Shown piece after piece: positions 1-8,879 of a DNA stretch of 64,000 bases. Numbering within the stretch: position 1 is the first letter of the stretch; the number at the start of each line of letters is the position of its first letter. The position numbers and the translations under genes were made by a program. The notes beneath the pieces are model-generated. The model had not been told where the DNA came from. It ran no database searches and saw only the letters and a program-made list of their open reading frames with translations. This DNA comes from Phycisphaerae bacterium (GTDB lineage: Bacteria; Planctomycetota; Phycisphaerae; UBA1845; Fen-1342), in NCBI GenBank assembly GCA_963675745.2, contig CAXXWX010000026.1, forward strand, positions 544,001-608,000, written 5' to 3'.

Positions 1-1734
1 GCGCGCCGATCCGTTTGTCGCGCCACGCCTGGCAATGGTATCGAGAAACTCCTCGGCGTCGCGCACGACCACCCGGTTCTCGAAGGCCGACAGCAACGGC
101 TGCAATACACCCAGGCGCGGATCATCGATCCGCAACACGTCGGCCACCAGCCCGATGACTCCGCCCGAGTCGCCCTCCCGCTGACGCCACTCCAGAATCG
201 AACGCGTGCCGCGATCGACACCCTCGAGACGCTGCTCCATGTCCTCGAGGACACTCAGACGAGACAGCGTGGCGGCGCGCGCTTCCTTGGCTTCCGCGAT
301 GGCAGCGTCGATCCGCGCGTGTTCGCCCCGCAACCGCGCCAGCCGCGCATCGGCTTCGCGAACCGCGCCGGTCAGCGCGTTGATCCGATCGTCCAGCTCC
401 GACGCCTCACGCCGCATCGCGTCGCGCCGTTGATCCTGCTCACGCTGTCCGTCACGCAGCTCGGCCGCGCGCTCGCGGCGTGCGTCAATCTCGCGCGCCA
501 CGCGTTCGGATTGCTGCTCCAGGTTTGTTTGCTGGTTGTGCAACAAGCTGGCCCGACGAATGACCTCGAACGCCGCCGAACGTTCTTGCTCGAGCGATGC
601 GCGTGATTCTTCACAACGTGCGGCCGCATCGGTCCGCTGCTGCTCCAGCGCGCCGGCGCGCCCCGCGAACTGCTCGGCGGCTTCGTCGAGTTGGCGAACC
701 GCGCGCTCCTCCTCGGCGATCCGCCGCCGCAACTCGTCGGCGCGCGCTGTGATTTCCACAACCTGTTGCGCGCGCCGCGCACGCGTCTCACCCAGCTCAC
801 TCAACCGCCGCGCACCCTGCGCGCGGCGTTCAGCGAGCGTGCTGGCTTCGTTCTGCAGCTCGACGTGGGTCGCCTCATCCCGCCGCAGCCGCTCGTCAAA
901 CGCCTCGAGCTGCTTACCCAACTCGGCCGCCTGCGCGTCGCGCTGGGCGGACTCCTGACGGCTGGATTGCACCTGTGCCTCGAGCGCGCCGATCTCGGCG
1001 CGGGCCCGCTCCCAAGCCTGTTCCAGTTGGTGGTATTCGGTTAGTGAAAACTCGGAACGCAACTCGCGCAAACGCGCATCGTACTCCTGGAAGTTACGGG
1101 CCTTGCCCGCCGCCAGCTTCACACTACGCAGTTGACGCTCGAGTTCCTCAAGGATGTCGTTCAGACGCAACACGTTGTTCTGCGTACGTTCGAGCTTGCG
1201 CTGCGCGTCGGCGCGGCGCGAGCGATAACGGCTTATCCCGGCGGCCTCTTCGAATATCTCGCGGCGCTGGATCGGATTGGCTTGCAGCAGCACGTCAACG
1301 CGGCCCTGCTCGATCACGCTGTAGGCGTGGACCGCCACCCCCGTATCCAACAGCAGATTACGTATATCCTTGAGCCGGCAGACTTCCCCGTTGAGCCGAT
1401 ATTCGCTCTCTCCGCTGCGATAGAGCGTGCGTGCGACCTGCACCTCCGGCGTATCACAATCCAGGAAACGCGTGGAGTTATCGAATGTGAGCGTAACGTC
1501 GGCGGAGTTTGCCGGCGGCCGTGAGCGCGAGCCGGAGAATATAACGTCCAGCATCTTCGCGCCGCGCAGGCTGCGGGCTGATTGCTCACCCAGCACCCAG
1601 CGGACCGCATCGACCACGTTGCTCTTGCCACAGCCGTTCGGGCCAACGATACCGGTCACACCCGATCCGAAGTCGAACTCGGTCCGGTCCGCGAAGCTCT
1701 TGAACCCATGAACTGCGATACGCTTCAGAAACAC
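1..1734 (-). CDS. smc: Chromosome segregation protein SMC, N-terminal part (runs off left edge of window)
   Basis: Manual translation from GTG at 1734: MFLKRIAVHGFKSFADRTEFDFGSGVTGIVGPNGCGKSNVVDA (Walker A), followed by long coiled coil and start of hinge. Absent from the ORF track because no stop lies in the window. Confidence 0.95.
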   Translation of the reverse strand, partial: MFLKRIAVHGFKSFADRTEFDFGSGVTGIVGPNGCGKSNVVDAVRWVLGEQSARSLRGAKMLDVIFSGSRSRPPANSADVTLTFDNSTRFLDCDTPEVQVARTLYRSGESEYRLNGEVCRLKDIRNLLLDTGVAVHAYSVIEQGRVDVLLQANPIQRREIFEEAAGISRYRSRRADAQRKLERTQNNVLRLNDILEELERQLRSVKLAAGKARNFQEYDARLRELRSEFSLTEYHQLEQAWERARAEIGALEAQVQSSRQESAQRDAQAAELGKQLEAFDERLRRDEATHVELQNEASTLAERRAQGARRLSELGETRARRAQQVVEITARADELRRRIAEEERAVRQLDEAAEQFAGRAGALEQQRTDAAARCEESRASLEQERSAAFEVIRRASLLHNQQTNLEQQSERVAREIDARRERAAELRDGQREQDQRRDAMRREASELDDRINALTGAVREADARLARLRGEHARIDAAIAEAKEARAATLSRLSVLEDMEQRLEGVDRGTRSILEWRQREGDSGGVIGLVADVLRIDDPRLGVLQPLLSAFENRVVVRDAEEFLDTIARRGATNGSAR

Positions 1735-1789
1735 CGGATCTGACCCACATGTGTCCCGACCTTCCTGAGCCGGGAGACCGCGCCAAGAC

Positions 1790-1844
1790 ATACCACATCT
1801 GGTATGTTCTCTCTTAACCTAGCACAAGAACTCGCTTGCGGCAA
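1790..1844 (-). promoter_or_regulatory. Putative sigma70 promoter of smc overlapped by tandem NrdR-box-like sites
   Basis: Minus strand TTGCCG(1844-1839)-N17-TAGGTT(1821-1816). Palindrome ATACCACATCTGGTAT at 1790-1805 and degenerate GCACAAGAACTCGCTT at 1822-1837, 32 bp apart. Confidence 0.55.
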
Positions 1845-2011
1845 GCAACTTACGGCGGTTAGATCATCGCGCGACAACGCCGGCGCCGAACGACCGACAG
1901 ATAGAACGGACGCCAGCGGACATCGATTCCGTCGTTAACCCGTCATCACCACGAGTCGGACGCGCCTCACGCCGAACGTCCAGATACACACGCCGTTTTT
2001 CCGACCGTCAT

Positions 2012-2127
2012 TTGCCTTTGCCGCGGCGCGCTGCATAGAACCGGCGTGGCGAGAGTGGGAGCAGGTGAGCGCTGCTTGCCTGAGCGTGGCATTGGTAACC
2101 GGAGGGTCGGGGCATCTTCCCGTACCA
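2012..2127 (+). promoter_or_regulatory. Putative sigma70 promoter and two-hairpin leader of PEP-CTERM gene 1
   Basis: TTGCCT-N18-TAGAAC (2012-2041); hairpins CAGGTGAGC/GCTTGCCTG and GGAGGGT/ATCTTCC. Confidence 0.45.
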
Positions 2128-2158
2128 GGCACATCTTGTAGAGCAGAGGAGAAGCCCG

Positions 2159-2983
2159 ATGAAGAAAACTCTGTGTGTGTTGATTGGTCTGGCGCTGTGC
2201 GGCAGCGCGGCCATTGCCGATGACGCTACCGTTGGCGATCTCGACGTGTTCTTCAGCACGTCCAATGCAATCCAGCACATGACGCCGGGCGCTCCGGAGA
2301 TCGTCGTCGACACGAGCGGTGGCCCGGTAAGCGAGCGACTGTATATCTGGGCAAACATCGATCATGACGACTTCGCCAAATGGAACGGTCTCGGCCTCAA
2401 CTTCGTGACCGAGGGCGGAGTCTCGGTGACCGGCGGCGAGCTGTACAACCCGAATATGGGGCCCAGCAGCGGCAGCAAGGGCCAGACCTGGGAGGAGTAT
2501 GAGAAGTTCCGTTGGCAAAACGGCGCTGTCGGCGGCTCCGAGCCGAACAATCCCATCCCGATGACCCCCGGCGGATACTTGAACGCCTCTGCCGTCAGCG
2601 GCGGGTGGCTCCTTGAACTGGGTGTCATGCCGGCCTACGGCGACTACGGCACCGGACCCGACGCTGGCGACGAGCTGGCGTACAGCAACTACGCCGCCGA
2701 CACCACGACCTGGACCCTCTCGTACTTGCTCGGGCACATTGACGTTGAAGTCTCCGACGTTGATTCCGCGGTCAACTTCGCCATCAGTTCGGCATGGTGC
2801 ACGCTGAAGGGCGATACCGATCCATACGCAACTGTACGCTTCGGCCTGAATGATGAGGTCAGCGGCAGAGTGACCGGCGCCGGCGGCTTCGCGGATGAGC
2901 GTGTCAACGACGTGACGTTTACGCCGGAGCCCGCCAGCCTGGTGCTGCTGGTTCTATCAGGGTTGCTGCTCCGCCGCCGCTAG
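2159..2983 (+). CDS. PEP-CTERM sorting domain surface protein (paralog 1)
   Basis: Signal peptide MKKTLCVLIGLALC; C-terminus TPEPASLVLLVLSGLLLRRR; RBS GAGGAG. Confidence 0.92.
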   Translation: MKKTLCVLIGLALCGSAAIADDATVGDLDVFFSTSNAIQHMTPGAPEIVVDTSGGPVSERLYIWANIDHDDFAKWNGLGLNFVTEGGVSVTGGELYNPNMGPSSGSKGQTWEEYEKFRWQNGAVGGSEPNNPIPMTPGGYLNASAVSGGWLLELGVMPAYGDYGTGPDAGDELAYSNYAADTTTWTLSYLLGHIDVEVSDVDSAVNFAISSAWCTLKGDTDPYATVRFGLNDEVSGRVTGAGGFADERVNDVTFTPEPASLVLLVLSGLLLRRR

Positions 2984-3030
2984 ACATTCTAGACTTGTGA
3001 TCTGGGCAGAGTCCCGACAGCGAATCGATG

Positions 3031-3073
3031 ACCAAGGAGTCGCGCGTTGCGCGCGGCCCCTTGGTTTTTTTTT
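3031..3073 (+). terminator. Rho-independent terminator
   Basis: ACCAAGGAGTCGCGC/GCGCGGCCCCTTGGT stem followed by T-tract. Confidence 0.85.
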
Positions 3074-3228
3074 GCCAAGATGCGTGAAGCGGTGGCATGC
3101 GATGGCAATCCGGCCATTGCGAGTCCGATAATGATTTGTTTTGCGGGCGACACTGCCGCATCGGCCTGGGTAGGCCCAGAACCAGACACAGGTCATAGCC
3201 GGCGTCGTTTTTTTTGACCGCATGCCCG

Positions 3229-3328
3229 TTGCTTCCCATGGGCCCATCATGTATAACTGAGAACGTGAGAGAGTCAGGGTGAGCGGCACTCACCTAATGC
3301 AATGGTCCATGGAGGCGGGAGCACCTCC
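3229..3328 (+). promoter_or_regulatory. sigma70 promoter plus GTGAGCGGCACTCAC element and second hairpin, PEP-CTERM gene 2
   Basis: TTGCTT-N17-TATAAC (3229-3257); inverted repeat 3279-3293; GGAGG/CCTCC hairpin 3311-3328. Confidence 0.65.
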
Positions 3329-3366
3329 CAACTTACTCAACTCAAGCGAGAAGAGGAGAAAGAGAA

Positions 3367-4173
3367 ATGAAGAAAATCTTGTGTGTTTTGGTTGGTTTGA
3401 CGTTCTGCGCCGGTGCGTATGCTGGTGACGCTACGGTCGGCGACATGGACATCTTCTTCAGCACCGACGCCAACATCGAGTTTAAGGCCCCGGGCGCCCC
3501 GGATCTGGGCGACATCGGCGGAGCTGGCACGCAGACGCTGTACGTCTATGCGAATATCGACATCAATGACTTCAAGACCTGGAACGGTCTTGGTCTCGAT
3601 ATCGCCATCGATGGCGGCACCTACCTGGGTGGCGAGCTCTACAACCCGAACATGGGTGCAACGCCTCCTGTCGATCCGCTCTGGCCGCAGTATGAGAAGT
3701 ATCGTTGGCAAAATGGCGCCATTTCGGGCAGCCGGCCCTACAACCCGATCCCCAGCACTGTCGAAGGCTATCTCAATGCCTCGGCCGTCAGTGGTGGCTG
3801 GTTGATCAACCTCGGCGCGTTGCCGTCCTACGGCGACTACGGGACTGGTCCAAACAGTGGCGACGAGTTGGCGTATAGCGACTACCAGAATGATGCCGGC
3901 GATATTACTTGGACCGGCACTTACCTGCTCGGCGAGATCTGGTTCACCGGCGATGCTGTAGGTGGCATCAACCTCGGTGTCAGCCCCGCCTGGAACACCC
4001 AGACCGGTGATACCGCGCCGTGGGCAACGCTGGCCTTCGGTCTCAACGGCCCGGTTGACGGTCGTCTGACCGGCGCCGGCCTCGACAACGTGATCTATGA
4101 CGCGACGTTCACCCCCGAGCCCGCCAGCCTCTTGCTGATGGCCCTCGGCGCGCTGATCATTCGCCGTCGCTAA
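3367..4173 (+). CDS. PEP-CTERM sorting domain surface protein (paralog 2)
   Basis: Signal peptide; C-terminus TPEPASLLLMALGALIIRRR; shares ELYNPNM, RWQNGA and YLNASAVSGGWL with neighbours. Confidence 0.92.
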   Translation: MKKILCVLVGLTFCAGAYAGDATVGDMDIFFSTDANIEFKAPGAPDLGDIGGAGTQTLYVYANIDINDFKTWNGLGLDIAIDGGTYLGGELYNPNMGATPPVDPLWPQYEKYRWQNGAISGSRPYNPIPSTVEGYLNASAVSGGWLINLGALPSYGDYGTGPNSGDELAYSDYQNDAGDITWTGTYLLGEIWFTGDAVGGINLGVSPAWNTQTGDTAPWATLAFGLNGPVDGRLTGAGLDNVIYDATFTPEPASLLLMALGALIIRRR

Positions 4174-4206
4174 GTCGTTGTCGTAAGACAGTAAGCAGTT
4201 GTAATT

Positions 4207-4243
4207 AGAAGGAGCCGGGACTTGTTCCCGGCTCCTTTCTTAT
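4207..4243 (+). terminator. Rho-independent terminator
   Basis: AAGGAGCCGGGA/TCCCGGCTCCTT perfect stem then TCTTAT. Confidence 0.8.
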
Positions 4244-4288
4244 GCGCACTCCACAGCGAGATGTTCGCCGGGTCCGCACGTTCATGGA

Positions 4289-4360
4289 CAGAACCGCGAG
4301 CGTAAGCGACCGGCGCGATGCCGGCATACGCTATCCCAGGCGCCGACGCTCCAGGTACTG
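4289..4360. repeat. Inverted pair of REP-like elements (REPIN-like)
   Basis: CAGAACCGCGAGCGTAAGCGACCGG (4289-4313) and reverse complement of 4336-4360, CAGTACCTGGAGCGTCGGCGCCTGG. Confidence 0.45.
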
Positions 4361-4520
4361 ATCGGCCCGGTGGGCAAGTCATTCAGTGACCAATCGAGCA
4401 TCGATACGCGCGGTTCAACAAGCGTTATCGCACGCCGCCGGGGGCAATTCGTGCCTGCCGCGTTTTCTTCGCGGCTCTTATCGCGCCTTCGAAAAACTGC
4501 AAAAGCTACGGGAGGGAAAC

Positions 4521-4617
4521 TTGATCTCGCAAAAAACGCAGGCCTATAAACGGGTGTCAAGACGAGTGAGCGGCACTCACCGACCCAAAGGATATTTGGG
4601 GGACGGAAACACCTCCA
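4521..4617 (+). promoter_or_regulatory. sigma70 promoter plus GTGAGCGGCACTCAC element and second hairpin, PEP-CTERM gene 3
   Basis: TTGATC-N18-TATAAA (4521-4550); identical 15-mer at 4566-4580; GGGGG-ACGGAAACA-CCTCC hairpin. Confidence 0.65.
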
Positions 4618-4643
4618 TCAACCGTTTTTGCGAGGAGCAAGTG

Positions 4644-5462
4644 ATGAAACGAACGCTGTGTGTATTAGTAGGTTTGACGATGTGTGCCGGAATGGCCGGC
4701 GCGGGCGAAGCCACGACTGGCGACATTGACATCTTCTTCGCCACGAGCGACACGATTCAGTTCATGCAGCCGCAGGCACCGGTGGTCGATCTCGGCGCCC
4801 CGGCCGGAACGGCGCGTCTGTACATTTGGGCGAATATCGACATCAATGACTTCGCCACGTGGAATGGCATGGGCCTCGAGTTCGTTCCCACCGGCGGCCT
4901 CACTGTCACGGGCGGCGAGCTGTACAACCCGAACATGGCCGATGAGCCTCCTGTGGAGCCCCTGTGGCAACAGTATGCGAAGTATCGTTGGCAGAATGGC
5001 GCCGTCGGAGGCAGCCGGCCGCTCAACCCCATTCCGATGACCGGTGACGGTTACCTGAACGCGTCGGCCGTCAGCGGTGGCTGGCTGACCAACCTCGGTG
5101 CCTTGCCGGCCTACGGTGACTTTGGCCTGGGCGAGAATAACGGTGACGAATTGGCGTGGAGCAACCACGACGACAACGCCGGCGATATCACCTGGACCGG
5201 CTCGTACCTGCTCGGCCATGTGGATGTCGACGTTACTGACGCTGACACGGCGGGACTCAACTTCGCCGTCAGCCCGGCCTGGATCACGCAGCAGGGCGAT
5301 GCCGACCCGTGGGCGACGGTAGCATTCGGTCTGAATGACCCGATCGATGGCCGCGTCCACCACAACATCGCTCCCAACGCGATTGCTGATGCCACGTTCG
5401 TGCCCGAGCCCGCCAGCTTGCTCTTGCTGGCACTGGGTGCCTTGGCGATTCGCCGTCGCTAG
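4644..5462 (+). CDS. PEP-CTERM sorting domain surface protein (paralog 3)
   Basis: Start moved from 4386 to ATG 4644 (RBS GAGGAG; MKRTLCVLVGL matches paralogs); C-terminus VPEPASLLLLALGALAIRRR. Confidence 0.92.
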   Translation: MKRTLCVLVGLTMCAGMAGAGEATTGDIDIFFATSDTIQFMQPQAPVVDLGAPAGTARLYIWANIDINDFATWNGMGLEFVPTGGLTVTGGELYNPNMADEPPVEPLWQQYAKYRWQNGAVGGSRPLNPIPMTGDGYLNASAVSGGWLTNLGALPAYGDFGLGENNGDELAWSNHDDNAGDITWTGSYLLGHVDVDVTDADTAGLNFAVSPAWITQQGDADPWATVAFGLNDPIDGRVHHNIAPNAIADATFVPEPASLLLLALGALAIRRR

Positions 5463-5493
5463 TAACACACGGGCCCTCAAGTTAGTACCCCAT

Positions 5494-5529
5494 AAGGGGC
5501 CGGACATGATGTCCGGCCCCTTTCTTATG
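5494..5529 (+). terminator. Rho-independent terminator
   Basis: AAGGGGCCGGACAT/ATGTCCGGCCCCTT stem then TCTTAT. Confidence 0.8.
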
Positions 5530-5716
5530 CGCCGGGCCGACGACGCAGGCGTGTCACACGCGTCCAACACGCCGTTTGCCAGGCGTAGCAGCCCTCAGGT
5601 GGGCGCGCCGGGGGTGTCGATAAGCCGGTATGGCGCGGCCCCGCCGCTGCGAATTGACGAGACCGACCGCCAACGCTCTAATGGCCCGATTACTCATCCC
5701 ACACAGGAGCGGCCGG

Positions 5717-8700
5717 ATGCGCACACCGATTACGTATATCCTGTTCTTCCTTTCAGGCACAACGGCGCTGGTATACGAGTTGGTCTGGGTGCGCGAGTTG
5801 ATCTTCGTTTTTGGGGGGACCACGTATGCAATCACGACGGTGCTGGTGGCATTTATGGCCGGGCTCGGGTTGGGAAGCGTATTGGCCGGGCGAATGTGCC
5901 ACCGCCTGGACAGGCCCGCGCGGGTCTTCGGATATCTCGAGATCGGCATCGGCGTGTACGCGGTACTTGTGCCCACACTACTCGGACTAGCGGAGCCGGC
6001 CTACCGAGCAGTGTATCCCGTCGTGCAAAACCAGCCACTGCTGCTGGCGCTGATCCGGTTCTGCCTCAGTGCGCCGATCATGCTGCTGCCAGCGACGATG
6101 ATGGGCGCGACGCTGCCTGTCATGGTACGGTACGTCACGCTGGGCGGAGGGATTCCCGGGCGCTCAGTCGGCAGCCTCTATGGAATCAACACTCTGGGGG
6201 CGGTGATGGGCGTGATCCTGGCGGGTTTTTTCATGCTGCCAACGCTGGGACTGAAAGTGACCACCTGGCTCGCGGCGAGTGTCGATGTGAGCGTGGGGAT
6301 CCTGGCGATCGCCATCCTGGGCCGGGAGCGCGTTGTCGCCGTCGTGAAGAAGGTGCAAGCCGCCGCGTCCGGCGCCCGCTCACCCGTGGCCCAGACGACG
6401 CTCAGCAGCGCCGCCCGCTGGACGATACTCGTCGGCTACGCCGCGTCCGGCTTTGCGGCGATGGTATATCAGCTTACCTGGACACGGGCGCTGATCATGG
6501 CGCTCGGGTCGAGCACGTATTCATTCACGTGCATCCTGGCGGCGTTCATCCTCGGGCTGGCGCTAGGCAGCCTGGCCATCGCGTGGTTCGTAGACCGATA
6601 CCGCAACCCGATCATCGCATTCGGTGTGCTCGAACTGCTGATCGGCGTGGTGGCGGTGTTGATCGTCCCAATCAACATGCAGATCCCCTATTGGGCCGAA
6701 GCACTCGTTGAGAACTACAAGGCGAACTACAACCTGCTGCTTGCCTGGCAGTTTCTGCTGATCATCGCCATCACGTTTATCCCCACGTTTCTGATGGGCG
6801 CTATTTTCCCACTGGTGATCCGAGCGCTCGCCGGCGAAAACGACGACGCAGGCGCCGTCACCGGGCGTGCGTACGGCGTCAATACGATCGGCACGATCCT
6901 CGGCTCCTTCCTGGGTGGCTTCGTGCTGATCCGCAGCGACGTGCTGGGCGTGCAGAATGCGATCATCTTCGCCAGTGTGCTGAATGGGCTGGTCGGCGCC
7001 GCGTTGCTTATGGCCGGCAGTCGGCGGAGTGTGCCGCTGGTCCGGCGCCTGGCCGCGCCGCTCGCGGCGCTGGTGCTCATCCCGGTGATCGGATTGGGAG
7101 CCGGGCGGTGGGACCCGCTTCTGCTGAGCTCCGGTGTCTTTCTGGCTCGCGGGAAGGTAGCCGATTTCATCAAGAACCGCGAGTTGCTCTTCCACGCGGA
7201 CGGCGTGGACCTGACGGTGACTGTGGATCGGCGGCCAACGGGCATGTGGGGCGAGACTCGCTCGATGCGCGTCAATGGCAAGCCGGACGCTTCGACCACG
7301 CTGATGGACATGACCAACTTCATGTTACTCGGCCACCTGCCGGCCCTGCTGGGGCCCGAGGGTAAAACCGCCTGCGTGATCGGACTGGGTTCGGGGCTGA
7401 CGGTCAACTCGCTGGCGTGTGATCCGGCATATGACACAATCGACTGCATCGAGATCAGCGAGGAGGTCATCGATGCGGCGGCGTACTTCAACGACTACAC
7501 AAACGACGTTTTGGTCAGCGACCCGCGCGTCCAGATGATCCGCGCAGACGGGCGCAACCACTTGCTGCTGACCGACGAGGTTTACGACCTGATCATCTCA
7601 CAGCCATCCAACCCCTGGTTGGCGGGTGTTTCGAATCTGTTTACCGACGAGTTCTTCGGCCTCTGCCACGACCGGCTTGCCGACGATGGCTTGCTGGCAG
7701 TGTGGCTTCAGGGCTACACCATGTCACCGCGTGACTTTGACATGGTTGTGCGCACTCTGTTTGCGCGCTTCGAGCACGTGTCGATCTGGCAACTCTGGGT
7801 CGACGACTATTTGCTGCTGGCATCGCGCAAGCCGTTACAAATAGACATGGCGGAATTCGAGCGGCGTTTCTCCGTGCCGGCGGTACGGCGCGACCTGTAT
7901 CGCATCGGGCTGTGGCAGCCGGCGCAGCTTCTTGGCCGCTATGTCGCCTCAGACGCACCGCTGTCTGAGGCGGTCAGGGCGGCGCCGGTGCACACGGACG
8001 ACAACGCGCTGCTCGAGTTTTCGGCGCCACGACACTTGTACGAGAGCGGCAGCGGACGCATCGCCGAGGAACTGGAGCAACTGCAAAGCTCCGTCGTGGA
8101 CGATCTGCAGATTGACACAAGCGGGCCGCATGGCGCGGCGCTGGCGCGTGAGATCGAGAGCGTGGTCTACGGGCGTTTGGCGCGCTCTCGGGCGGAGCGG
8201 CAGTTCACCGACGATCAGGCCTTTGAGGAAGTGAGCTACATGCTCGACGCTTATTTGCGCGATCGGTCGCATTTGGCGCTGTTCATGTTTCTGCAGGGCG
8301 CGGCCGGCACCATGCCGGAGCAGCCTCCCAATGTCGGCGAGTTGAAACACACCATCCGCCGGTTGCGACCACCAGTTTTCGTGGCGAAGACCGGCGCGTC
8401 GTCGCTCGAAATCGCGGCCTTGCTGCGCACACGGTCGGCGCGAGCCGCTCAGCGCGGCCAGTGGGTGCTGGCGGCACAAGATCTCATCGATTCGCGGCGT
8501 TTCGAACCGGACCATCCGGACACCGAGGCCAGTCTGGGGCGCATACTGCTACGTGCAAACCAGATCCCCGCGCTGCTGGAGCCACTCGAAGAGCTGTTGG
8601 CGGCAGATCCCAATGATGCCATGGCCAACTATGTGCGTGCCGTGCTCGCTGCCGAGGCGGGCGATCTCGACACGGCGCTCAAACACCTGGAACGGGCGCT

Positions 8701-8830
8701 TGCAACAGGCCGCGTCGACCCCGATCAAGTCAGGCAGGACGACCGGCTCGGGCCGCTCAAAGATGACCCACGTGTTCGTGAGATCCTCGAGAAGTACGAG
8801 CGCACACCGGAAACGCAACAGTCGCCCTGA
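5717..8830 (+). CDS. Fused multi-TM (MFS-like) / spermidine synthase-like protein with C-terminal TPR-like region
   Basis: LFFLSGTTALVYELVW and YGINTLG membrane repeats; SAM-type motifs VIGLGSG, CIEIS, DGRNHL, YDLIISQPSNPW; start 5717 has RBS AGGAG. Confidence 0.85.
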   Translation: MRTPITYILFFLSGTTALVYELVWVRELIFVFGGTTYAITTVLVAFMAGLGLGSVLAGRMCHRLDRPARVFGYLEIGIGVYAVLVPTLLGLAEPAYRAVYPVVQNQPLLLALIRFCLSAPIMLLPATMMGATLPVMVRYVTLGGGIPGRSVGSLYGINTLGAVMGVILAGFFMLPTLGLKVTTWLAASVDVSVGILAIAILGRERVVAVVKKVQAAASGARSPVAQTTLSSAARWTILVGYAASGFAAMVYQLTWTRALIMALGSSTYSFTCILAAFILGLALGSLAIAWFVDRYRNPIIAFGVLELLIGVVAVLIVPINMQIPYWAEALVENYKANYNLLLAWQFLLIIAITFIPTFLMGAIFPLVIRALAGENDDAGAVTGRAYGVNTIGTILGSFLGGFVLIRSDVLGVQNAIIFASVLNGLVGAALLMAGSRRSVPLVRRLAAPLAALVLIPVIGLGAGRWDPLLLSSGVFLARGKVADFIKNRELLFHADGVDLTVTVDRRPTGMWGETRSMRVNGKPDASTTLMDMTNFMLLGHLPALLGPEGKTACVIGLGSGLTVNSLACDPAYDTIDCIEISEEVIDAAAYFNDYTNDVLVSDPRVQMIRADGRNHLLLTDEVYDLIISQPSNPWLAGVSNLFTDEFFGLCHDRLADDGLLAVWLQGYTMSPRDFDMVVRTLFARFEHVSIWQLWVDDYLLLASRKPLQIDMAEFERRFSVPAVRRDLYRIGLWQPAQLLGRYVASDAPLSEAVRAAPVHTDDNALLEFSAPRHLYESGSGRIAEELEQLQSSVVDDLQIDTSGPHGAALAREIESVVYGRLARSRAERQFTDDQAFEEVSYMLDAYLRDRSHLALFMFLQGAAGTMPEQPPNVGELKHTIRRLRPPVFVAKTGASSLEIAALLRTRSARAAQRGQWVLAAQDLIDSRRFEPDHPDTEASLGRILLRANQIPALLEPLEELLAADPNDAMANYVRAVLAAEAGDLDTALKHLERALATGRVDPDQVRQDDRLGPLKDDPRVREILEKYERTPETQQSP

Positions 8831-8879
8831 GCGGACGACTCCAGCTCTCCAAGCGGTGCAACGCGAGGACGAACCGGGT

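Noticed and set aside
3279..3293. Vector-derived lac operator contamination
   Set aside because: Only the left half matches lacO; flanks are genomic and the element recurs in paralogous context
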